NCBI GenBank assembly: GCA_964016885.1
Contig: OZ024743.1
Location: forward strand, 170,872,001-170,936,000
DNA length: 64,000 bases
DNA from: Eledone cirrhosa
Lineage: Eukaryota
Direction: 5' to 3'
The notes under the pieces were generated by a model. The model saw only the letters and a list, made by a program, of their open reading frames with translations. It had not been told where the DNA came from and did no database searches. Both the position numbers and the translations under genes were made by a program. Of this stretch, positions 13,501 through 28,680 are shown one piece after another. Numbering within the stretch: position 1 is the stretch's first letter; each line of letters begins with the position of its first letter.

Positions 13501-16500
13501 ATAGTCACAACTACTGTAAGACCACTGTATGAACACCATATTCATAACTACCGTAAGACCACTGTATCAACACCATAGTCATAACTAATGTAAGACCACT
13601 GTATCAACACCATAGTCACAATAACTGTAAGAACACTGTATCAACACCACAGTCATAACTACTGTAAGAACACTGTATCAACACCACAGTTATAACTACA
13701 GTAAGACCACTGTATCAACATCACAGTCACAACTACTATAAGACCACTGTATCAACACCACAGCCACAACTACTGTAAGACCACTGTATCAATACCATAA
13801 TCACAACTACTGTAAGACCACTGATTCAACACCACAGCCACAACTACTGTAAGACCACCGTATCAACACCATAATCACAACTACTGTAAGACCACTGATT
13901 CAACACCGTAGTCACAACTACTGTAAGCCCACTGTATCAACACCACAGCCACAACTACTGTAAGACCACTGTATCAACACCATAATCACAACTACTGTAA
14001 GACCACGGTATCAACACCGTAGTCACAACTACTGTAAGACCACTGTATGAACACCATCGCCACAACTACTGTAAGACCACTGTATCAACACCATAGTCAT
14101 AACTACAGTAAGACCACTGTATCAACACCATAGTCATAAGACCACTGTATCAACACCATAGTCACAACTACTGTAAGACCACTGTATCAACACCATAGTC
14201 ATAACTACTGTAAGACCACTGTATCAACACCATAGTCACAACTATTGTAAGACCACTGTATCAACACCACAGTCACACCTACAGTAAGACCACTGTATCA
14301 CCACCATAGTCACAACTACTGTAAGACCACTGTATGAACACCATAGTCAGAACTACCGTAAGACCACTGTATCAACACCATAGTCATAACTAATGTAAGA
14401 CCACTGTATCAACACCATGGTCACAACTACTGTAAGACCATTGTATCAACACCATAGTCATAAGACCACTGTATCAACACCATAGTCACAACTACTGTAA
14501 TACCACTGTATCAACACCATAGTCACAACTACTGTAAGACCACTGTGTCAGAACCACAGTCACAACTACTGTAAGACCACTGTATCAACACCATAGTCAT
14601 AACTACCGTAAGACCACTGTATCAACACCATAGTCATAAAAACACTGTATCAACACCATAGTCACAACTACTGTAAGACCACTGTATCAACACCATAGTC
14701 ATAACTACTGTAAGACCACTGTATCAACACCATAGTCACAACTATTTTAAGACCAATGTATCAACACCACAGTCACACCTACAGTAACACCATTGTATCA
14801 ACACCATAGTCACAACTACTGTAAGACCACTGTATGAACACCATATTCATAACTACCGTAAGACCACTGTATCAACACCATAGTCATAACTAATGTAAGA
14901 CCACTGTATCAACACCACAGTCACAACTACTGTAAAACCACTGTATAAACACCACAACCACAACTACTTTAAGACCACTGTATCAACACCAGTCATAACT
15001 ACTCTAAGACCACTGTATCAACACCACAGCCACAACTACTGTAAGACCACTGTATCAACACCATAATCACAACTACTGTAAGACCACGGTATCAACACCG
15101 TAGTCACAACTAGTCTACGACCACTGTATCAACACCACAGTCACAACTACTGAAATCCCACTGTATCAACACCTCAGCCACAACTACTGTAAGACCACTG
15201 TATCAACACCATAGTCACGACTACTGTAAGACCACTGTATCAACACCATAGTCACAATAACTGTAAGAACACTGTATCAACACCACAGTCATAACTACTG
15301 TAAGACCACTGTATCAACACCACAGTCACAACTACTGTAAGACCACTGTATCAACACCACACTCACAACTACTGTAAGACCACTGTATAAACACCACAAC
15401 AACAACTACTGTAAGACATCTGTATCAACACCACAACCACAACTATTGTAAGACCACTGTATCAACACCACAGTCATAACTACTCTAAGACCACTGTATC
15501 AACACCACAGCCACAACTACTGTAAGACCACTGTATCAACACCACAGCCACAAGTACTGTAAGACCACTGTATCAACACCATAGTCATAACCACCGTAAG
15601 ACCACTGTATCAACACCATAGTCATAAGACCACTGTATCAACACCATAGTCACAACTACTGTAAGACCACTGTATCAACACCATAGTCATAACTACTGTA
15701 AGACCACTGTATCAACACCATAGTCACAACTATTGTAAGACCACTGTATTAACACCACAGTCACACCTAGAGTAAGACCACTGTATCAACACCATAGACA
15801 CAACTACTGTAAGACCACTGTATCAACACCATAGTCATAACTACCGTAAGACCACTGTATTAACACCATAGTCATAACTAATGTAAGACCATTGTATCAA
15901 CACCATAGTCACAACTACTGTAAGACCACTGTATCAACACCATAGTCATAAGACCACTGTATCAACACCATAGTCACAACTACTGTAATACCACTGTATC
16001 AACACCATAGTCACAACTACTGTAAGACCACTGTGTCAGCACCACAGTCACAACTACTGTAAGACCACTGTATCAACACCATAGTTATAACTACCGTAAG
16101 ACCACTGTATCAACATCATAGTCATAAGACCACTGTATCAACACCATAGTCACAACTACTGTAAGACCACTGTATCAACACCATAGTCATAACTACTGTA
16201 AGACCACTGTATCAACACCATAGTCACAACTATTTTAAGACCAATGTATCAACACCACTGTCACACCTACAGTAAGACCACTGTATCAACACCATAGTCA
16301 CATCTACTGTAAGACCACTGTATGAACACTATATTCATAACTACCGTAAGACCACTGTATCAACACCATAGTCATAACTAATGTAAGACCACTGTATCAA
16401 CACCATAGTCACAATAACTGTAAGAACACTGTATCAACACCACAGTCATAACTACACTAAGAACACTGTATCAACACCACAGTTATAACTACAGTAAGAC

Positions 16501-17230
16501 CACTGTATCAACATCACAGTCACAACTACTATAAGACCACTGTATCAACACCACAGCCACAACTACTGTAAGACCACTGTATCAACACCATAATCACAAC
16601 TACTGTAAGACCACTGATTCAACACCGTAGTCACAACTACTGTAAGACCACTGTATCACCACCACAGTCACAACGTCTGTAAGACCACTGTATCAACACA
16701 ATAGTCACAACAACTGTAAGCCCACTGTATCAACACCATAGTCACAACGACTGTAAGACCACTCCATCAACACCATAGTCACAACTACTGTAGCACCACT
16801 GTATAAACACCATAGTCATAACTACTGTAAGACCACTGTATCAACACCATAGTCACAACTATTTTAGGACCAATGTATCAACACCACAGTCACACCTACA
16901 GTAAGACCACTGTATCAACATCATAGTCACAACTACTGTAAGACCACTGTATGAACACCATAGTCATAACTACCGTAAGACCACTGCATCAACACCATAG
17001 TCATAACTAATGTAAGACAACTGTATCAACACCATAGTCACAATAACTGTAAGAACACTGTATCAACACCACAGTCATAACTACTGTAAGAACACTGTAT
17101 CAACACCACAGTTATAACTACAGTAAGACCACTGTATCAACATCACAGTCACAACTACTATAAGACCACTGTATCAACACCATAATCACAACTACTGTAA
17201 GACCACTGATTCAACACCGTAGTCACAACT
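7540..17230. repeat. Dispersed duplication of a ~3.7-kb block (~7540-11230 and ~13380-17230), offset drifting 5840-6028 bp
   Basis: AATACCATAA at 7951/13791, TCAGAACTACC at 8433/14347, TGAAATCCC at 9228/15151 and ACTCCATC at 10733/16761. The rare TTTTAGGACC variant is present in both copies. Confidence 0.8.
11650..12940. repeat. Tandem duplication, period 646 bp
   Basis: The A-run of CATAAAAACACTG is at 11671/12317 and TGAAATCC at 12175/12821, both offset 646. Confidence 0.88.
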
Positions 17231-18909
17231 ACTGTAAGACCACTGTATCAACACCATAGTCACAACGACTGTAAGACCACTATATCAATACCACAACCAC
17301 AAATACTGTAAGACCACTGTATCAACACCAGTCATAACTACTCTAAGACCACTGTATCAACACCACAGCCACAACTACTGTAAGACCACTGTATCAACAC
17401 CATAATCACAACTACTGTAAGACCACTGTATAAACACCATAGTCACGACTACTGTAAGACCACTGTATCAACACCATAGTCACAATAACTGTAAGAACAC
17501 TGTATCAACACCACAGTGATAACTACTGTAAGACCACTGTATCAACACCACAGTCACAACTACTGTAAGACCACTGTATCAACACCACAGTCACAACTAC
17601 TGTAAGACCACTGTATAAACACCACAACCACAACTACTGTAAGACCACTGTATCAACACCACAGCCACAACTACTGTAAGACCACTGTATCAACAGCATA
17701 GTCATAACTACCGTAAGACCACTGTATCAACACCATATTCATAAGACCACTGTATCAACACCATAGTCACAACTACTGTAAGACCACTGTATCAACACCA
17801 TAGTCATAACTACTGTAAGACCACTGTATCAACACCATAGTCACAACTATTGTAAGCCCACTGTATCAACACCACAGTCACACCTAGAGAAAGACCACTG
17901 TATCAACACCATAGTCACAACTACTGTAAGACCACTGTATGAACACCATAGTCATAACAACCGTAAGACCACTGTATAAACACCATAGTCATAACTAATG
18001 TAAGACCACTGTATCAACACCATAGTCACAACTACTGGAAGACCACTGTATCAACACCATAGTCATAAGACCACTGTATCAACACCATAGTCACAACTAC
18101 TGTAATACCACTGTATCAACACCATAGTCACAACTACTGTAAGACCACTGTGTCAGCACCACAATCACAACTACTGTAAGACCACTGTATCAACACCATA
18201 GTCATAAGACCACTGTATCAACACCATAGTCACAACTACTGTAAGACCACTGTATCAACACCATAGTCATACCTACAGTAAGACCACTGTATCAACACCA
18301 TAGTCACAACTACTGTAAGACCACTGTATGAACACCATATTCATAACTACCGTAAGACCACTGTATCAACACCATAGTCATAACTACTGTAAGACCACTG
18401 TATCAACACCATAGTCACAACTATTTTAAGACCAATGTATCAACACCACAGTCACACCTACAGTAAGACCACTGTATCAACACCATAGTCCCAACTACTG
18501 TAAGACCACTGTATGAACACCATATTCATAACTACCGTAAGACCACTGTATCAACACCATAGTCATAACTAATGTAAGACCACTGTATCAACACCATAAT
18601 CACAATAACTGTAAGAACACTGTATCAACACCACAGTCATAACTACTGTAAGAACACTGTATGAACACCACAGTTATAACTACAGTAAGACCACTGTATC
18701 AACATCACAGTCACAACTACTATAAGACCACTGTATCAACACCACAGCCACAACTACTGTAAGACCACTGTATCAACACCATAATCACAACTACTGTAAG
18801 ACCACGGATTCACCACCGTAGTCACAACTACTGGAAGACCACTGTATCAACACCACAGTCACAACGTCTGTAAGACCACTGTATCAACACAATAGTCACA
18901 ACTACTGTA

Positions 18910-21900
18910 AGCCCACTGTTTCAACACCACAGTCACACCTACAGTAAGACCACTGTATCAACACCATAGTCACAACTACTGTAAGACCACTGTATGAACA
19001 CCATATTCATAACTACCGTAAGACCATTGTATCAACACCATAGTCATAACTAATGTAAGACCACTGTATATAAACCATTCACAACTACTGTAAGACCACT
19101 GTATCAACAACACAGCCACAACTACACTAAGACCACTATATCAACACCACAGTCACAACTACTGTAAGCCCACTGTATCAACAGCATAGTCATAACTACT
19201 CTAAGACCACCGTATCAAAACCATAGTCACAACTACTGTAAGACCACTGTATCAACACAATAATCATAACTACCGTAAGACCACTGTATCAACACCATAG
19301 TCATAAGACCACTGTATCAACACCATAGTCACAACTACTGTAAGTCCACTGTATCAACACCATAGTCATAACTACTGTAAGATCACTGTATCAACACCAT
19401 AGTCACAACTACAGTAAGACCACTGTATCAACACGATAGTCATAACTATTGTAAGACCACTGTATCAACACCACAATCACAACTACAGTAAGACCACAGT
19501 ATCAACACCATAGTCACAACTACTGTAAGAGCACTGTATGAAAACAATAGTCATAACTACCGTAAGACCACTGTATCAACACCATAGTCATAACTAATGT
19601 AAGACCACTGTAACAACACCATAGTCACAACTACCGTAAGACCACTGTATCATCACCATAGTCACAACTATTGTAAGACCACTGTATCAACACCAGAGTC
19701 ACAACTACAGTAAGACCACTGTATCAACACGATAGTCATAACTATTGTAAGAGCACTGTATCAACACCACAATCACAAATACAGTAAGACCACAGTATCA
19801 ACACCATAGTCACAACTACTGTAAGACCATTGTATGAAAACAATAGTCATAACTACCGTAAGACCACTGTATCAACACCATAGTCCTAACTAATGTAAGA
19901 CCACTGTAACAACACCATAGTCACAACTACTGTAAGACCACTATATCAACACCATAGTCACAATAACTGTAAGAACACTGTACCAACACCACAGTCATAA
20001 CTACTGTAAGACCACTGTATCAACACCACAGTCACAACTACTGTAAGACCACTGTATCAACACCACAGTCACAACTACTGTAAAACCACTGTATAAACAC
20101 CACAACCACAACTACTGTAAGACAACTGTAACAACACCACAACCACAACTACTGTAAGACCACTGTATCAACACCAGGCATATCTACTGTAAGACCACTG
20201 TATCAACACCAGGCATATCTACTGTAAGACCACTGTATCAACACCACAGCCACAACTACTGTAAGACCACTGTATCAACACAATAATCACAACTATTGTA
20301 AGACCACGGTATCAACACCGTAGTCACAACTACTGTAAGACCACTGTATCAACACCACAGTCACAACGTCTGTAAGACCACTGAATAAACACCATAGTCA
20401 CAACTACTGTAAGACCACTGTATCAACACCACAGTCACAACTAGTCTAAGACCACTGTATCAACACCACAGTCACAACTACTGAAATCCCACTGTATCAA
20501 CACCACAGCCACAACTACTGTAAGACCACTGTATCAACACCATAATCACAACTACTGTAAGACCACGGTATCAACACCGTAGTCACAACTACTGTAAGAC
20601 CACTGTATGAACACCATTGTCACAACTACTGTAAGACCACTGTATCAACACCATAGTCACGACAACTGTAAGACCACTGTATCAACACCATAGACACAAT
20701 AACTGTAAGAACACTGTATCAACACCACAGTCATAACTACTGTAAGACCACTGTATCAACACCACAGTCACAACTACTGTACGACCACTGTATAAACACC
20801 ACAACCACAACTACTGTAAGACAACTGTATCAACATCACAACCACAACAACTGTAAGACCACTGTATCAACACCACAGTCATAACTACTCTAAGACCACT
20901 GTATCAACACCACAGCCACAACTACTGTAAGACCACTGTATCAACACCACAGCCACAACTACTGTAAGACCACTGTATCAACACAATAGTCATAACTACC
21001 GTAAGACCACTGTATCAACACCATAGTCATAAGACCACTGTATCAACACCATAGTCACAACTACTGTAAGACCACTGTATCAACACCATAGTCATAACTA
21101 CTGTAAGACCACTGTATCAACACCATAGTCACAACTACTGTAAGACCACTGTATCAACACCACAGTCACACCTAGAGAAAGACCACTGTATCAACACCAT
21201 AGTCACAACTACTGTAAGACCACTGGATGAACACCATAGTCATAACAACCGTAAGACCACTGTATAAACACCATAGTCATAACTAATGTAAGACCACTGT
21301 ATCAACACCATAGTCACAACTACTGGAAGACCACTCTATCAACACCATAGTCATAAGACCATTGTATCAACACCATAGTCACAACTACTGTAATACCACT
21401 GTATCAACACCATAGTCACAACTACTGTAAGACCACTGTGTCAGCACCACAGTCACAACTAGTGTAAGACCACTGTATCAACACCATAGTAATAACTACC
21501 GTAAGACCACTGTATCAACACCATAGTCATAAGACCAGTGTATCAACACCATAGTCACAACTACTGTAAGACCACTGTATCAACACCATAGTCATAACTA
21601 CTGTAAGACCACTGTATCAACACCATAGTCACAACTATTTTAAGACCAATGTATCAACACCACAGTCACACCTACAGTAAGACCACTGTATCAACACCAT
21701 AGTCACAACTACTGTAAGACCACTGTATGAACACCATATTCATAACTACCGTAAGACCACTGTATCAACACCATAGTCATAACTAATGTAAGACCACTGT
21801 ATATAAACCATTCACAACTACTGTAAGACCACTGTATCAACAACACAGCCACAACTACTCTAAGACCACTATATCAACACCACAGTCACAACTACTGTAA

Positions 21901-23180
21901 GCCCACTGTATCAACAGCATAGTCATAACTACTCTAAGACCACCGTATCAAAACCATAGTCACAACTACTATAAGACCACTGTATCAACACCATAACCAT
22001 AACTACCGTAAGACCACTGTATCAACACCATAGTCATAAGACCACTGTATCAACACCATAGTCACAACTACTGTAAGTCCACTGTATCAACACCATAGTC
22101 ATAACTACTGTAAGATCACTGTATCAACACCATAGTCACAACTACAGTAAGACCACTGTATCAACACGATAGTCATAACTATTGTAAGACCACTGTATCA
22201 ACACCACAATCACAACTACAGTAAGACCACAGTATCAACACCATAGTCACAACTACTGTAAGACCACTGTATGAAAACAATAGTCATAACTACCGTAAGA
22301 CCACTGTATCAACACCATAGTCACAACTACTGTAAGTCCACTGTATCAACACCATAGTCATAACTACTGTAAGATCACTGTATCAACACCAGAGTCACAA
22401 CTACAGTAAGACCACTGTATCAACACGATAGTCATAACTATTGTAAGACCACTGTATCAACACCACAATCACAACTACAGTAAGACCACAGTATCAACAC
22501 CATAGTCACAACTACTGTAAGACCACTGTATGAAAACAATAGTCATAACTACCGTAAGACCACTGTATCAACACCACAGTCACAACTACTGTAAGACCAC
22601 TGTATCAACACCACAGTCACAACTACTGTAAAACCACTGTATAAACACCACAACCACAACTACTGTAAGACAACTGTAACAACACCACAACCACAACTAC
22701 TGTAAGACCACTGTATCAACACCAGTCATAACTACTGTAAGACCACTGTATCAACACCACAGCCACAACTACTGTAAGACCACTGTATCAACACAATAAT
22801 CACAACTATTGTAAGACCACGGTATCAACACCGTAGTCACAACTACTGTAAGACCACTGTATCAACACCACAGTCACAACGTCTGTAAGACCACTGAATA
22901 AACACCATAGTCACAACTACTGTAAGACCACTGTATCAACACCACAGTCACAACTAGTCTAAGACCACTGTATCAACACCACAGTCACAACTACTGAAAT
23001 CCCACTGTATCAACACCACAGCCACAACTACTGTAAGACCACTGTATCAACACCATAATCACAACTACTGTAAGACCACTGTATGAACACCATTGTCACA
23101 ACTACTGTAAGACCACTGTATCAACACCATAGTCACGACTACTGTAAGACCACTGTATCAACACCATAGTCACAATAACT
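18910..23180. repeat. Duplication with offset 2733 bp, shrinking to ~2492 bp after indels; the block is also related to ~1850-3700
   Basis: ATATAAACCATTC at 19068/21801, TAAGTCC at 19341/22074, CTGAATAAAC at 2562/20381/22873 and AGAGTCACAACTACAG at 1911/19695/22391. Confidence 0.78.
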
Positions 23181-23739
23181 GTAAGAACACTGTATGAACA
23201 CCACAGTCATAACTACTGTAAGGCCACTGTATCAACACCATAAAAACAACTACTGTAAGACCACTGTATCAACACCATAGTCACAACTACTGTAAGACCA
23301 CTGTATCAACACCACAGCCACAACTAATGTAAGACCACTGTATCAACACTGTAATCACAACTACTGTAAGACCACTGTATCAACACCACAGAGTCACAAC
23401 TACAGTAAGACCACTGTATCAACACCATAGTCACAACTACTGTAAGACCACTTTATCAACACCACAGAGTCACAACTACAGTAAGACCACTGTATCAACA
23501 CCATAGTCACAACTACTGTAAGACCACTGTATCAACACCATAGTCACAACTACTGTAAGACCACTGTATGAACACCATAGTCATAACTACCGTAAGACAA
23601 TTGTATCAACACCATAATCATAACTACTGTAAGCCCACTGTATCAACACCATAGTCATAACTACTGTAAAACCACTGTATCAACACTATAGTCACAACTA
23701 CTGTAATACCACTGTATCAACACCATAGTCACAACTACT

Positions 23740-26700
23740 GTAAGACCACTGTATGAACACCATAGTCATAACTACCGTAAGACCATTGTATCAACACCAC
23801 ATCCACAACTACTGTAAGACCACTGTATCAACACCATAGTCACAACTACTGTAAGCCCACTGTATCAACACCATAGTCATAACTACTGTAAAACCACTGT
23901 ATCAACACTATAGTCAAAACCACTGTAAGACCACTGTATCAACACCACAGCCACAACTACTGTAAGACCACTGTATCAACACCATAGTCACAACTACTGT
24001 AAGACCACTGTATCAACACCATAATCACAACTACTGTAAGACCACTGTATCAACACCGTAGTCACAACTACTGTAAGACCACTATATCAACACCACTGTC
24101 ACAACGTCTGTAAGACCACTGTATCAACACAATAGTCACAACTACTGTAAGACCACTGTATCAACACCATAGTCACAACGTTAGTAATACTACTGTATAA
24201 ACACCATAGTCACAACCTCTGTAAGACCACTGTATCAACACCACAGTCACAACTACTGTAAGACCACTGTATCAACACCACAGTCACAACTACAGTAGGA
24301 CCACTGTATCAACACAATAGTCACAACTACTGTAAGACCACTGTATCAACACCACAGCCACAACTAGTGTAAGACCACTGTATCAACACCACAGTCACAA
24401 CTACAGTAAGAACACTGTATCAACACAATAGTCACAACTACTGTAAGACCACTGTATCAACACCACAGTCACAACTAGTGTAAGATCACTGTATCAACAC
24501 CACAGTAATAACTACTCTAAGACCACTGTATCAACACCACAGCCACAACTACTGTAAGACCACGGTATCAACACCGTAGTCACAACTACTGTAAGACTAC
24601 TGTATCAACACCACAGTCACAACGTCTGTAAGACCACGGAATCAACACCATAGACACAACTACTGTAAGACTACTGTATCAACAACACAGTCACAACTAT
24701 TCTAAGACCACTGTATCAACACCACAATCACAACTACTGTAAGCCCACTGTATCAACACCATAGTCATAACTTCCGTAAGACCACTGTATCAACACCATA
24801 GTCATAAGATACTGTATCAACACCATAGTCACAACTAATGTAAGACCACTGTATCAACATCATAGTCATAACTTCCGTAAGACCACTGTATCAACACCAT
24901 AGTCATAAGATACTGTATCAACACCATAGTCACAACTACTGTAAGACCACTGTATCAACATCATAGTCATAATTACTGCAAGACCATTGTATCAACACCA
25001 CAGTCACAACTACTGTAAGACCACTGTATCAACACAGCAGCCACAACTACTGTAAGACCACTGTATCAACACCACAGTCATAACTACTCTAAGACGACTG
25101 TATCAACACCGCAGCCACAACTACTGTAAACCACTGTATCAACACCATAATCACAACTACTGTAAGACCACGGTATCAACACCGTAGTCACAACTACTGT
25201 AAGACTACTGTATCAAGACCACAGTCACAACGTCTGTAAGACCACGGAATCATCACCATAGACACAACTACTGTATCAACACCATAGTCATAACTATTGT
25301 AAGACCATTGTGTCAATACCATAGTCATAACTACTGTAAGACCACTGTATCAACACCACAGTCACAACTACTGTAAGAACACTGTATCAACACCATAGTC
25401 ATAACTTCCTTAAGACCACTGTATCAACACCATAGTCATAAGACCACTGTATCAACACCATAGTCACAACTACTGTAAGAGCACTGTATCAACACCATAG
25501 TCATAACTACTGTAAGACCACTGTATCAACACCACAGTCACAACTACTGTAAGAACACTGTATCAACATCACAGCCACAACTACTGTAAGACCACTGTAT
25601 CAAACCACAGCTACTACTACTGTAAGACCTCTGTATCAACTCCATAATCACAAATACTGTAAGACCACTGTATCAACACCGTAGTCACAACTACTGTAAG
25701 ACCACTGTATCAACACAACAGTCACAACGTCTGTAAGACCACTGTATCAACACAATAGTCACAACTACTATAAGCCCACTGTATCAACACCATAGTCACA
25801 ACTACTATAAGACCAGTGTATCAACACCTCAGCCACAACTACTGTTAGACCACTGTATCAACACCATAGTCACAACTACTGTAAGACCACTGTATCAACA
25901 CCACAGTCACAACTACTGTAAGACCACTGTATCAACACCACAGTCATAACTACTGTAAGACCACTTTATCCACACCATAGTCACAACTACTGTAAGACCA
26001 CAGTATCAACACCATAGTCACGACTACTGTAAGACCACTGTATCAACACCACACTCACAATTACTGTAAGACCACTGTATCAACACCACAGTCACAACTA
26101 CTGTAAGACCAACTGTATCAACACCACAGTCACAACGTCCGTAAGACCACTGTATCAACACAATAGTCACAACTACTATAAGCCCACTGTATCAACACCA
26201 TAGTCACAACTACTGTAAGACTACTGTATCAACACCATAGTCACAACGTCTGTAATACCACTGTATCCACACCATAGTCACAACTACTGTAAGACCACTG
26301 TATCAACACCATAATCACAACTACTGTAAGACCACTGTATCAACACCATAGTCACAACTACTGTAAGACCACTGTATCAACACCACAGCCACAACTAATG
26401 TATGACCACTGTATCAACACTGTAGTCACAACTACTGTAAGACCACTGTATCAACACCACAGAGTCACAACTACAGTAAGACCACTGTATCAACACCATA
26501 GTCACAACTACTGTAAGACCACTGTATCAACACCACAGTCAAAACCACTGTAAGACCACTGTATCAACACCACAGCCACAACTACTGTAAGACCACTGTA
26601 TCAACACCACAGCCACAACTACTGTAAGACCACTGTATCAACACCACAGCCACAACTACTGTAAGACCACTGTATCAACACCATAGTTACAACTACTGTA

Positions 26701-28680
26701 AGACCACTGTATCAACACCACAGCCACAACTACTGTAAGAACACTGTATCAACACCACAGCCACAACTACTGTAAGACCACTGTATCAACACCATAGTCA
26801 CAACTACTGTAAGACCACTGTATGAACACCATAGTCATAACTACCGTAAGACCATTGTATCAACACCACATCCACAACTACTGTAAGACCACTGTATCAA
26901 CACCATAGTCACAACTACTGTAAGCCGACTGTATCAACACCATAGTCATAACTACTGTAAAACCACTGTATCAACACTATAGTCAAAACCACTGTAAGAC
27001 CACTGTATCAACACCACAGCCACAACTACTGTAAGAACACTGTATCAACACCACAGCCACAACTACTGTAAGACCACTGTATCAACACCATAGTCACAAC
27101 TACTGTAAGACCACTGTATCAACACCATAATCACAACTACTGTAAGACCACTGTATCAACACCGTAGTCACAACTACTGTAAGACCACTATATCAACACC
27201 ACTGTCACAACGTCTGTAAGACCACTGTATCAACACAATAGTCACAACTACTATAAGCCCACTGTTTCAACACCATATTCACAACTACTGTAAGACCACT
27301 GTATCAACACCATAGTCACAACGTTAGTAATACTACTGTATAAACACCATAGTCACAACCTCTGTAAGACCACTGTATCAACACCACAGTCACAACTACT
27401 GTAAGACCACTGTATCAACACCACAGTCACAACTACAGTAGGACCACTGTATCAACACAATAGTCACAACTACTGTAAGACCACTGTATCAACACCACAG
27501 CCACAACTAGTGTAAGACCACTGTATCAACACCACAGTCACAACTACAGTAAGAACACTGTATCAACACAATAGTCACAACTACTGTAAGACCACTGTAT
27601 CAACACCACAGTCACAACTAGTGTAAGATCACTGTATCAACACCACAGTAATAACTACTCTAAGACCACTGTATCAACACCACAGCCACAACTACTGTAA
27701 GACCACGGTATCAACACCGTAGTCACAACTACTGTAAGACTACTGTATCAACACCACAGTCACAACGTCTGTAAGACCACGGAATCAACACCATAGACAC
27801 AACTACTGTAAGACTACTGTATCAACAACACAGTCACAACTATTCTAAGACCACTGTATCAACACCACAATCACAACTACTGTAAGCCCACTGTATCAAC
27901 ACCATAGTCATAACTTCCGTAAGACCACTGTATCAACACCATAGTCATAAGATACTGTATCAACACCATAGTCACAACTAATGTAAGACCACTGTATCAA
28001 CATCATAGTCATAACTTCCGAAAGACCACTGTATCAACACCATAGTCATAAGATACTGTATCAACACCATAGTCACAACTACTGTAAGACCACTGTATCA
28101 ACATCATAGTCATAATTACTGCAAGACCATTGTATCAACACCACAGTCACAACTACTGTAAGACTACTGTATCAACACAGCAGCCACAACTACTGTAAGA
28201 CCACTGTATCAACACCACAGTCATAACTACTCTAAGACGACTGTATCAACACCGCAGCCACAACTACTGTAAACCACTGTATCAACACCATAATCACAAC
28301 TACTGTAAGACCACGGTATCAACACCGTAGTCACAACTACTGTAAGACTACTGTATCAAGACCACAGTCACAACGTCTGTAAGACCACGGAATCATCACC
28401 ATAGACACAACTACTGTATCAACACCATAGTCATAACTATTGTAAGACCATTGTGTCAATACCATAGTCATAACTACTGTAAGACCACTGTATCAACACC
28501 ACAGTCACAACTACTGTAAGAACACTGTATCAACACCATAGTCATAACTTCCTTAAGACCACTGTATCAACACCATAGTCATAAGACCACTGTATCAACA
28601 CCATAGTCACAACTACTGTAAGAGCACTGTATCAACACCATAGTCATAACTACTGTAAGACCACTGTATCAACACCACAG
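23740..28680. repeat. Duplication of a ~1.8-kb block (~23740-25530 and ~26810-28680), offset 3143 bp
   Basis: TTAGTAATACTACTG at 24181/27324, TACAGTAGGA at 24291/27434 and GACACAACTACTGTATC at 25261/28404. Confidence 0.88.

Larger units (their letters stand above)
1..23200. repeat. Satellite sub-domain A (left variant library)
   Basis: TATTTTAAGACCAATG (531 to ~21636), CACCTACAG, CACCTAGAGAAAG (3387, 4801, 17881, 21169), CTGTGTCAGC, TGAAATCCC (2664, 9228, 12175, 15151, 20482, 22996), TGTAGCACC and CTGATTC recur here. I did not see them after ~23.2 kb. Confidence 0.8.
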
